Shown here piece after piece: positions 28,037-38,849 of a stretch of 64,000 nt of DNA (positions are counted from its first letter, which is position 1; each line of letters opens with the position of its first letter). The notes under the pieces were generated by a model. That model was not told the origin of the DNA. It was given only the letters and a program-made list of their open reading frames with translations, and searched no databases. The stretch is taken from assembly GCA_048128005.1 (NCBI GenBank), contig JBEUKZ010000064.1, positions 434,001-498,000 on the forward strand. Reading direction: 5' to 3'. The translations under genes and the position numbers were made by a program. Origin of the DNA: Veleropilina oligotropha (taxonomy: Eukaryota).

Positions 28037-31000
28037 TGCTTGTGTCGACGATTACAGGACAGGCATGTCAACCGGATGTTCCACTTGTAGTGACCCTGAC
28101 TGTCATCCAGGCGGTCGATACTGAACGTCTGCCCGTGGCACTTCGTGTAGCCCTGGAGAAGGAGAGTACGATGGCAGACCACACACCTCGTTTCTGCAGC
28201 ATCGATCATGTCGAGCACGTGGTTGACGGTGAGCGTATGGCATGCTCCCGTGTAGTGGGGTCGTTTCTTTTGGCGATCCTCAACCACGTAGCGCTTGAGC
28301 CTTGCGGCGATCAGCTCTCGCGAAGGTGTGGCCTGCTGATCGGTGGGAGTTATATCACCCGGAGCGTCGTCAGGCGGCAGAACCCATACAATCTGATCCA
28401 TCAACCGGGCCCGGCTCACTGCTGTGTATACGGCATTGCTCACCCAGCCACTCAGACCGTGGTCGACGATGTATAGGCGCCTGGGTGGTTGGATGGTCTT
28501 CCCTTGCATCCTATGCACCGTCCCCCACCCTGCATATTTCCACTCAAGCGGTAGCCCGTTCTCGACTATTTTAAGGGGGACTTTGACGATGGTCCCTCGA
28601 TAGGCTGGCACGGTTTCTCGACTACCTGGTATCGCTATCGGCCGACCCTGCTTGCGGTACCGGTGCGAGATGCTATCGTCTGGGTCGAATCGAATATTAG
28701 CAGGAAGCCGGGGGTGTATCCTTCTGTGCTGCCGGAGCAGCTGGGTCTGGACCTGCGCGCCTAGAGTGTTCGTGGAGCAGATTCAGATGTCATCGGGCTT
28801 GGTGCGCTCTACAGCTTCTACGAACGGCGTTGCGGCCAACTTATCTCTGAAGACGTGGAGCTGTTGCTGGTCATTAGCGCACCACATCCGCGCCTTTACA
28901 TCGTGCAAAGCCGATGTTGGCCCATGTTGACAGCGACAGCAGGACCACGGCTCGCCACACGCCTCACACAGGCACCTATAATCAGTGTCAAACCACCGCA
29001 GGTTCTGGTTGGGGGCGCCCGAGGCCCAGTCTGCTAACATGTGGTGAGGGCCTTCTTTATCGCCCCATGGCGGGATCTGCCCCATATCCCCGACGCAGAT
29101 GATTTGACACGGCCTACGGGCGAGATAATCAAGGACGGTCATCAGGGTCTTCGTGGGGACCTTGCAACATTCGTCAATTACGATAACTTCGGCTAGGTTG
29201 TCGAGTCGGTGTCCCAGGGCAGCCGGGTCCCAATCCTCGATCGGCTTGCCGACGGGTAGACATAGGTAGTGGTGGATCATCTGGACCTGTGCATTCTCTA
29301 GACCAAGTCTCGGGTTGTTGCGGTGTTCTTGGGCGATGTCGTTCTCAGGGGTGAGCACGACCAGCTTCCGGCCACGAAACGTCTGAACGGCCCACTCGGT
29401 TTTTCCACTGCCGCCTTGATCTGCGAGGTATAACCGTCGCGAGGTGGCCGCGCCGACATCGGAAGGGAAAGGAGGGGCCTTCACCCCCCCGGCGGGGGGC
29501 AAGTCGAGACGACCAGCATGCTCTATCGTCCAAGCAGCAGCCTCTGGGCGCCACTCGTAACCCGGGGATTTATGTCGCCACTGCCCATACCTAGGCTGGT
29601 CTGGGACCAGCATATGTTCGACCGATTCGGGCAGGCTCTTGACGTAAATGGCGTCGGTGCAGACACGAAGGACATCCTCGTGTGGGAACCTTCGTAGCAT
29701 GCGGCGGAGGGCGATGTTCGTGTATGCGAGTACGAAGGCTCGGATGTGGAACCACTGCGCCCGCCGTCTTCCGTCCTTGTACTGAATGAGGTGGACATTG
29801 CCGGCCTTCTCGAAGTTCAGGAGACGGTCAGTGCCACCGAGAACATTGGCCAAGTAGGCAGCCTCGTTTGGATCGCGGACTAGGATGCTCGACTCATCAC
29901 CATGGCGAGCACACTTGCCAACGAAGCGTACGGCCAGGTCTCGTAATGGGAACTTGATAGCGGCCTTCGTGCCTACGCTGTATACCACCTCGCACGCCCT
30001 GACCTCCACCAGATCACCAGAGTCAATTAAGTCTGCAAGCTCGGGGGTAGTGATCCAGCCCTGCTTCTCCCGTAGGTGCTCGCCTACGCGACCTACCGTA
30101 TAGGGGTGCGTCTCGGGGCTGAATTGCCACGCAGCGAGCTGCACCGCTCCTGTCAGGGTGAGGATATCTCTTATGGGCACACCCTCGACGTTTGCTCGAC
30201 GCATCATACTCGTCGGGAACCCATACTGGTGCACCAGATCTATGGATTCTCCGACCCCGCCACAGAGGGAGTCTTCGCAGCCAAGGTATGCTGCGCGCAT
30301 GTCGATATGATGATGAACACTGGTGCCTGCGGCCTCGTCGTCAGAATTCCAGACCTTGGCCTCAACCTGAGCCGCTCGCCAGGTGTCCAGGTGGTTTGCT
30401 GGCGTTGGCTTGATCACCTCGCGGGCCAACCACTTCTGGAACCGGTAAGACGTGGCGCCACCCATGGAGTGGGAAGCTCGGTGGTATTCCTCTTCAAGCA
30501 TCTTAAGTTCTTCGGGGATCTCGGAAGGATGCCAATGCGTCTCGTCCTCGAAAGCGTGGTCAATAGCCATACCCTCAGCCCGCGACCTCCACAGGGAACC
30601 ATCGCTACCCACGAGAGCCTGTCCACATACCCAGACCCGGACCGTCGATGGGATGGCCCTGGTGGCAAATGCGATCAGAACCTCTCTGGTAATTTGGTCC
30701 ATGGTCTTCTGGCCCGCAGTGGTCTTTGGGGCCGCAATGGTCGTCTGGGCCGCAGACGCAAGGGCCTGTTCTGCGATGTCGTCGAGGCTGTACACCTGTA
30801 AGATCTTGGGTGGATCGATCGGGATGCTTGCCCACGCGTGGTTGTTATGACATGGCACCCGAATCGTGGACTGGCCCTTGTATTTACCACTGTCCCATAG
30901 AGTGTTGCCTAATGCGTCGACGGCAACAAGCTTGATGTTGAGAGCCGCTTCAATGGAGAACATATCCTCGCGTGTGCAGCCCGTTGCTGCAAGCTTTCGG

Positions 31001-32080
31001 TCGAACTTCTCAAGAAGTAGTCTGCGGCTCTGTGTTAACCCATCTCCGGCTTTCGTCATTCCGTTCCGGAAGTGGTCCACCACACAACGAATGAAGCAGT
31101 TCACAAACTCTCCGTCTTCTTGAGGGGCTAGCATTGGCCCCGGTTCTCCTTTTTGCTCCGGAAGCGGACGAAGCTCATACCTAACGTAGACGAGATATTC
31201 TCGCCCCTTCTCCCATGCATGCTGGTCAATGCCGTGAAGAGCCGCGGCGCTGACCTGGTCTCCGCGAACCACCCCCTGCCCCTTAATGTGCTGCTCAGAG
31301 ACACCCACTTCCTCTGTCACTTGGGCAAGAGGCTCCTTGGCCGATTTCCCCACCACCGTGAACAGCTTGTACTGTGTGTCGGGGTCTAGAAGTTCCAACA
31401 CCTCCGAGGCCAGGCCCAGCGTCACCCGAAGATCCCTCTTTTCGCACGATACCCAATACACCGCGCCTTCGTCTGTGATGTCTGGCCCCCTTACAACAGC
31501 CTGGAAGTCGAATCTACGACCATCAACAGCCTCGGTAATCTCTTTACGGACGACGTCGGCGCCCGTCTTAATATAAGCCCCATCGGGGAACAGGACTGCG
31601 ACACCGTCAACGAGAAGGGAATAATACTCATCCGAGGCTAGGTGATCTCTCGGAACATCCCGGGGGCCCCCCCCCCTTCTGAGCAATAGCCCCCGCAAGG
31701 GTCTCTTTCCGAGACCGAGTCAGACCGTGCAGGTGTGGCTTGATGATTCGATCCGTGATGTTACGAAGTGGCTTCTGTCGTATCCCGGGCTTTTTCTCAG
31801 CCTGGGTTTCGTATTTACGGACCTTGAGGGCCACCTCGACCTCGTCCTTAAGCTGCCGCAATTCGCGGGCACGACGGCCTCTTTTATGGGGGTTCTCCAC
31901 ATCTCCACGGATGGAGGGGAATCTTCCCGTCTTCATCGCCCGCTCGAGTCTCCTCCGAAACTCGGCAGCACGGACCCCGGCCAATGCCCTGATGAGGTCG
32001 TTTCTCTTGAGCTTCGACCGATCGGGAAGCCCGTAATCTTTCGCTAGAATGCGTAGTTCTCCGAGGGAGACACGTACCAT
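28033..32080 (-). pseudogene. Replicase fusion (E1): Rho-N-like / OTU-like / divergent PolB / SF1B helicase / HNH-like
   Basis: Three ORFs join via a frameshift in the ~31670 G-run and an in-frame TGA at 28783 (57 codons, in frame, to the next ORF). Motifs: IDMRAAY, RVCTDAIY, QGGSGKT, VIDE, VGDMGQIPP, TVHRMQG, YTAVSR and C..C...FSIDRLD..GH...N..LTCLSCN. Confidence 0.8.
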
Positions 32081-32131
32081 TTCTATATATGGCGGGTATA
32101 CACTGGGATAGCCACTCCTCTAATAGGAAAT

Positions 32132-32425
32132 TTACGTGTGGTAAATTGCAGCCATGCGGAGAAACTCTCTCTCGAAGGCCCTTTTCTTCCGTTTCCAGTC
32201 CTTAACGTTCTCAATCTTATACCCACAGCCCTTACACAACGTAAACCGGTTGAAGACGCCTTTGCCGCATTTGATGCAGGGCTTTGTGCCCCGGCCATTT
32301 CGCCGTTGCCGAGCCAGGTGAACTTTGCAGAACTCTCTCAGACATCTCTTACCGCAAAGCTCCGTGGAGCTGATGGTGAGCCATTGACAGGTGTCCGTGC
32401 CCCACATGGTTATAACGGATATCAT
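32132..32425 (-). CDS. Small Cys/His-rich (zinc finger) protein (E1)
   Basis: C...C...CKVH plus CIKC...CKGC. Near-identical orthologue at 38526-38801. Confidence 0.65.
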   Translation of the reverse strand: MISVITMWGTDTCQWLTISSTELCGKRCLREFCKVHLARQRRNGRGTKPCIKCGKGVFNRFTLCKGCGYKIENVKDWKRKKRAFEREFLRMAAIYHT

Positions 32426-33029
32426 CGCATATACCAGTCTCTAATATAGATTATGACACTAAGATATCGAGCCCGGTGCACGGCGAGGGTAACGAGCCCC
32501 CGGAGAAGTCCCTACGGGGGGCTGGGGCCCAAAATAGCAGCCCGGCGACGGCTACAGGACATCGGCATGGCCGCTATTTCGGAGGGCATCACAGAGGGCC
32601 CGCCGACAGCCTAGACGCGAAAGTCGTTTTCGACCGCGGTCACCTCGGCCGGGGGGGGGTGACGGTGATTGTGTAAAACTCCCTTGTTACCGTCTTTGGT
32701 CTTCTTCTTAAAGACCGCCTGTTCACCGTCGTCGAGTTCGACAATCAAAACGTCGTAGCCTGTGTTTAAGAGGTTTCTAATGCACCTGGAGCTCCCTTCG
32801 CCGTGCAGCGTAGGAACGTCTTCCTCCGACATGTTGCTTTCAAGTATAACTACATGCCGTCTAACATGCCGGTTATTTCGCGTCGATTGCCCGCCGCACG
32901 ATGTAAACTGCCCTAGCCCCCCGGCTGACAACAAAACCTCCGCCCTAGCGAAAAAACGACCCCTGCCCTGATCAGACGGGGGGTGGGAGCCTCCCCCGGG
33001 GACCCGGGCCCCCACACCCCGGATTAGTC

Positions 33030-33145
33030 TAAGCTGCCCTAGGGGTATATATTACGAGCCCCCCCTCAGTTCGGAAATAGGGCTGGGAGCCTCCCCGGTC
33101 GCCCCAGGCCCCCCTAACTTATTTCAAAACCCCCTAGTCCCCCCC
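33030..33145 (-). repeat. E1 right TIR
   Basis: Reverse complement of 17373-17490, followed by TCATAG and resumption of the host repeat. Confidence 0.92.
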
Positions 33146-34329
33146 TCATAGATTAATAAATAATATCTCCATTTTAGGGTTTATAAGGATGACGAAGTCG
33201 ATTATGACATTGCTATTTCAGGTTAAGGTCAAGTCACCATTTCAAGGTCGAAAATTGAATATAAACGTGTAATATGGCCGCCATCCGAAATACAGAATAT
33301 CATAACTTTAAATCTAAGCATCATAGATTAATAAATAATATCTCCATTTGAGGGTTTTCAAGGATGAAGAAGTCGATTATGATATTATTATCGCAATTTT
33401 AGGATAAGGTCAACGTCAAATCACCATTCCAAATATACCTCTATTTCAGAGGTCATGGTCATGGTCAAGGTCCAATCGCCTTTTCAAAGTCGCCAATAAT
33501 GTAAAAACGCGCAATATGGACATCTCCCGACAAACGGAATACCATAACTTTTAGTCTAACCATCATAGATTAATAAATAATGCATCCATTTTAGGATTTT
33601 GAGGAAATAGATTATGACATCATTTTGGCGATATCAAGCTAAGGCCAAGGTCAAATCACCATTTCAAGGTCGAAAATGGTATAAAAACGCGTAATATGGA
33701 CTTGCCATATACTTTAAACAAACGTCATAAACCTCATTCGTGAAGCGAAGTTGGCTGTTGCTCGAAGCGTTTGTAAGAGGATTAAGGAAGATGGTATATT
33801 GTTTTGCCTATCTATATGCAGATGTCTTCACAACTGGGGATATGGACAATTATATATATACTGTATATGTGGCTTGCAGAGCGAAGACGTGTTTTTCTGC
33901 TCTGTGTTTAAAGCCAAAGTTTATCAACTAATACTTTTCCATATCTTCTCAAAAGTATACTACAAGAAAGTTGAAGTAGAGCTGATTCAAGTGCTACTAT
34001 ATTCGTCAAATTCAGCTAAGTATAAGTTATTATTTTAATCAAAAATAGTTTGTGTTATACTGCATTAGTACAATAGATCTTATTTCAGCTTGTGAAAATT
34101 GTCCAGCCGCAACCAGCCAGTTGTGATCATTAGACCGAATTAGCCTTTGTTATTTCAGGAAGTTGTTGTCGCATCCTGATTATAATTAGCATCAACACAT
34201 TCGTTGTGATCATTAGACCGAATTAGCTTTGTTCTTTCAGGAAGTTGTTGTCTCATGCTGATTAACTTCAACACATTTGTAACTCTTATTGTCCTGCAAT
34301 AAAAGGCTTACTCAAATATTGTGTACCAA

Positions 34330-35772
34330 GATGATCAATGGATAATCAACTTCAGTACAGTTCTGATACACTGAGACAATTGTCAACACCCTCCCTCAAA
34401 CCAAATAAGAAATTAAGGAAAACTCTATTTCAGCTGAATATTTGGCAGCCTCAATCGAACTGTAATCAATTCCCTATTCCCACGATTGTATCCCCAAGAA
34501 ATGAAATATCTCATGCCTGTCCAAATAGAGAGAATATTAACAAATGTAAATATTACCCCTACCAATTGTCACGAATTGATAAATTGGAGAGTTTTAAATA
34601 CCAGGTCGGTTAGAAATAAAGTTGATGTTTTGCAGGATTTAGTAAGTGACAACAATATTGATATATTTATTCTCACTGAAACATGGCTCGGACATGACGA
34701 TGATGATGCCGTCATAGCTCAACTCACCCCCAAGGGCTTCACGTTTAAAGGCCGGGAAAAGTGACCCCATGGTGGAACATTTTGCCCAGGCGTTGGGGGC
34801 GTGGCCTTATATTGACGGTATACAAGTTTTCCTGTGAAGTTTGAAGGTGATAATTGCTCTAACAATTAAAAACACACTTCGTAATTAGGTTTCTGTTGTT
34901 TTAACAATGTGTCAGCCAATCATGTCGATGTGATCTGATCGACTTCCAAGTCAGAAATGAGATGATTACAGGCTGGCCCCTTTTATAGTGGCAGTCCGGC
35001 CTTTAAGCATATTCCAAGAAAGGGAGGTGGAGTTGCTGTTCTTCATCGCTCAAATCTCAAAATAAAAGTATTAACATCGGATAAGTACAATACCTTCGAA
35101 GTTATTGAAGCGACTCTATCAATAAGCATATCAATTAGCATATCCACGGTGTACAGACCAGACCCACATGGAAAAAACGCGGCGCAGTTCCTAGATAATT
35201 TTCAAAAATTTGGTAAATGCCTCAGCCTCCAAGGAACATATTTTAATTGCTGGTGATGTTAATCTGCACTTGCATGAAGTTGAAAACCCAGATGTGATTA
35301 AATTCAACACCTTACTGGCATCGTGCAGCCTCAAACAAATTGTGGAAGAGCCAACGCATAAAAGTAATCACATACTCGACTGTGTGATCATTTCACAAGA
35401 CAACGCAATTTTTCCACTAAGTACGAAAACTGTGGATTGCCAGATATCGTATCACTTTCTAATCTCATTTGAATTGAAAATAGAAAGGCCAGCACCCGAG
35501 TCGAAACAAATTCGCTACCGTAAACTCAAAGATGTCGAAATTACTGAGTTCAAAACAGAATTCTCGCATATCGTATTTCCACAAGAAATGGACCTGTCAC
35601 AGTTGGTCGATAAATATAACAATGATATTAAACACATCATTGACAATCATGCTCCGGAGATCACCAAAAACAGTCACCATAAGACCAAATACACAATGGT
35701 ACAATGCCAACCTCCGCCAAGCTAAAGTAATTCGACGACGCTTAGAACGACGCTGGAATAAGTCTGGCAAAC
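34330..35772 (+). mobile_element. L2/CR1-group LINE, 5' part (APE endonuclease)
   Basis: LNTRSVRNK, ILTETWL, GGGVA, YRP, AGDVN and PTHKSNHILD motifs. The ORF resumes at 56547. Confidence 0.85.
34749..35002. mobile_element. Small non-autonomous DNA transposon with TTAA TSD (Kolobok-like)
   Basis: TTAA|AGGCCGG...CCGGCCT|TTAA. Removing it restores the LINE frame FTFKHIPRKGGGVA. Confidence 0.75.
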
Positions 35773-35814
35773 CACAGGCACTCGCCACCGGCCGCTAAAC
35801 ATGCACGCAGTTCG

Positions 35815-36891
35815 AAAAAAAATCGGGACCTTTACTATCTATATACAGAAAGGTATTGCGCGAAAATCGTCAAAAGGGCCAGCGCGTTCAAAACCCGGTT
35901 GATTTCGAGCTGTAGTATGCCATTAACGTCAACAATTGCATATATAGCTACCCACCTGTGTCGACTAACCATATCTTAACATATCCGAAGCGTACACATT
36001 TCGAATATATGAGTGATAATACCGAAAAATAGGCCGCAATTCAATCAGTATGTACAAAATCGTCCAACTCTGACGGATGTTTACAGTGGATGTCGTCATG
36101 TCCAGTTGCGCACTTGTACGAAACACGATAGAGACGTTTCATTGGTTGATTCTAATAACCTGTAGCTGTATTTAGATATGGTAATGGAGGGTCATGACCT
36201 GCACGTGCATGACAATTTGAATTAGCGATATTTTAAATAAAATAACGTGATTTAGTACGTGAAAAATATCTGAAATGGCCCATCAAGGACATGTAATTCA
36301 ATGGTAAATAAGTATATACGAGATTCGTTTGTTTCAACAATCTTTTACATATTAGTGCATCTATAAATAAATAAACAAATGTATATGTAACTTTTCCCTG
36401 TCCCAGCCTGTCCTGTAATTACTAAATTATGACCTAGTAAACATATTTTCAAAGCTTCGCTTTGCTCAGCTGTCAAAGCCATTTTCGCAGACTTTGAAAG
36501 GTCACGTTATGACCTTGCTGATTACCATATCAAATACAGCTACAGGTTATTAGAATCAACCAATGAAACGTCTCTATCGTGTTTCGTACAAGTGCGCAAC
36601 TGGACATGACGACATCCACTGTAAACATCCGTCAGAGTTGGACGATTTTGTACATACTGATTGAATTGCGGCCTATTTTTCGGTATTATCACTCATAAAT
36701 TCGAAATGTGTACGCTTCGGATATGTTAAGATATGGTTAGTCGACACAGGTGGGTAGTTATATATGCAATTTTAGACGTTAATGGCATACTACAGCTCGA
36801 AATCAACCGGGTTTTGAACGCGACGGCCATTTTGACGATTTTCGCGTAATACCTTTCTGTATATAGATAGTAAAGGAGGTCCCGATTTTTT
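35815..36891. repeat. Long inverted repeat (foldback), ~370-bp arms and ~335-bp spacer
   Basis: 35815-36185 is a near-perfect reverse complement of 36521-36891. Confidence 0.88.
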
Positions 36892-37279
36892 GGCTCGCAT
36901 GCAACGCAAATGCGAGTCTATGTAATGAGCATGTCGTCCGGCCGGCCGTCCGTCCGTCTGTCCATATCCGACCGGCGTTAACTTTTTGTTCAAGTTTTTT
37001 GTTAAAGTTTCTCAATCATGCTATATATGCAACCATATGCCATCTTTGGCATTACTGCATGTTATACAACACTATTTCAATGTCTGGCAACTGTATTTTA
37101 GTGATATTGAAGGATAATTAATTAAAATATGATCTTAAAATGTGGTTATTGGGCGATAACTTTTTGTTCAAGTTTTTGGTTAAAGTTTCACAATCATGCT
37201 ATAAATGCAATCTCATGCAATATTTTGTTTTATAAGATGTTTTATAACATTATATCAATATAATGTAACCCTATAGTAG

Positions 37280-37340
37280 AGCAGCAGGGGGGGTCAGTAG
37301 ACTTTTTAGAATGGGAAAATAAGGCTCCCAGCACCCGTTC
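37280..37340 (+). repeat. E2 left TIR (61 bp)
   Basis: AGCAGCAGGGGGGGTCAGTAGACTTTTTAGAATGGG...CCCGTTC is the reverse complement of 52919-52979. Confidence 0.93.
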
Positions 37341-37910
37341 AGGCTCCCAGGGTCGGGCTTGTATTATAACAGTCACCGTGTTTACATACAGCTCTGTCTG
37401 AAAACCAGGTTAGCTTATGCACAACAATACAATCCATAGTCTATTCAAATACTACCTGGTTGCCTAGTTACGTCGCGCACGACTGCGTATGACCTAGTAG
37501 AAAAGCTTGTTGTGGAGTGACTCACTGTTGGTATTCCCCTCGACTGAAATACATTATCCAGTATCAAAAGTATCAAATAAAGATTGACTGGATAATGTGG
37601 CCACATTATAATCAATGGACAGTTAACTAATTAAGGATTCGGGATTTAATCGGCTTTACAATATGTCTAGAGTGTTGTAGGTTTTATTTTAATCAACGTA
37701 GTCTATGTTCAACGTTGTTGTGATTTAATATTCACATCATAAGTGACGAGACACCTCCTCTCTTGCCTGCCATGGCTACCTGACTATATAAGAACTGTCA
37801 GGCTTTAGTATTTATAAGATCTGATGCATATGTCACAACGACCTCCTCAGAATGCTTTCGCATGTTGCGTTTCGAATTCTTGAGGAAGAAGGCTGCGTGG
37901 AGAAAATGCT

Positions 37911-38086
37911 GAGAGATGGTCGAGAAGACACCCCAGGCTACGGCTGAAATACAAGGGGGCTTCAAGAGGGCCGAGAGATGGTCGAAGACACCCCAGGCTA
38001 CGGCTGAAATACAAGGGGGCTTCAAGAGGGCCGACAGATGGTCGAGAAGACACCCCAGGCTACGGCTGAAATACAAGGGGGCTTCA
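37911..38086. repeat. Three tandem ~60-bp repeats inside E2
   Basis: GAGAGATGGTCGAGAAGACACCCCAGGCTACGGCTGAAATACAAGGGGGCTTCAAGAGGGCC x3, third copy truncated. Confidence 0.9.
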
Positions 38087-38525
38087 TTCCGTGCAAATTG
38101 CATGGCGAGATTGCAGCCAGTTTAGATAAATATATAATTCCCGCTTGCGAGCGTGCAACTATCTGACGCACCGCCACAGCCGGTAGATAACAGTGAGAAA
38201 TAATGCCCATGTTTACCGCGACATAGTGCGGGTATATACTAGGATCTTCATACCTCTAATAGGAAATCTGGGTCAGCAGCGAGCTGAACGGGCTAATAAT
38301 AGACGCGTGTGGCGATAAGAGCAGCAGCATGAATGAGGCCACAGTAGATGGCTGAACGGGCTATTAATATATGCTAGGAAAGCCGGAAATGTGTTTGAGG
38401 ACAGGGAATCCCCGAGCAGCTGTTATGTAAGTATGTAGTTCCCGCTGGTAGCGTGCAGTTGCATGGCGATAAGTGTCCTATTAGATATACCCACATCACA
38501 GGATATACCCACTGCAAAGGATACG

Positions 38526-38801
38526 ATGAAGGGCACAGACACCTGTCACTGGCTTACTATAAGCTCCACAGAACTATGTGGTAAGAGTTGTCTGAAAGAG
38601 TTCTGTAAAGTCCACCTGGCTCGGCTACGGCGAAATGGCTGGGTCACAAAGCCCTGCATCAAATGCGGCAAAGGCGTCTTCAACCGGTTTACGTTGTGTA
38701 AGGGCTGTGGGTATAAGAGTGAGAACTCTATGGACTGGCAACGAAAGAAAAGTGCCTTCCGGAGAGAGTTTCTCCGCTTGGCTGCAATTTACCACACGTA
38801 A
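38526..38801 (+). CDS. Small zinc-finger protein (E2)
   Basis: MKGTDTCHWLTISSTELCGKSCLKEFCKVH...CIKC...CKGC. Confidence 0.65.
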   Translation: MKGTDTCHWLTISSTELCGKSCLKEFCKVHLARLRRNGWVTKPCIKCGKGVFNRFTLCKGCGYKSENSMDWQRKKSAFRREFLRLAAIYHT

Positions 38802-38849
38802 ATTTCCTATTAGAGAAGTAAAGATCTTAGTGTATGCCCGCCCGGCAAC

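Larger units (their letters stand above)
17373..33145. mobile_element. Endogenous Polinton-like virus element E1 (15.8 kb, decayed)
   Basis: TIRs, TSD TCAAAG/TCATAG, rve integrase, packaging ATPase, capsid-like genes and PolB-helicase fusion. GC-rich against AT-rich flanks. Confidence 0.92.
17150..33700. repeat. Host ~170-bp tandem repeat family (17150-17372 and 33146-33700), interrupted by E1
   Basis: Units ...ATAACTTTTATTCTAAACATCATAGATTAATAAATAATATCTCC...GGTCAAGGTCAAATCACCATTTCAAG continue in register across E1. The same family occurs inverted at ~60850-63540. Confidence 0.8.

Noticed and set aside
28033..28611. Stand-alone HNH/helicase gene in E1
   Set aside because: It is in frame with the upstream 971-aa ORF across a single TGA, and E2 encodes the region continuously.
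37911..38086. CRISPR-like array
   Set aside because: Repeats are contiguous with no unique spacers, there are no cas genes and the context is eukaryotic.
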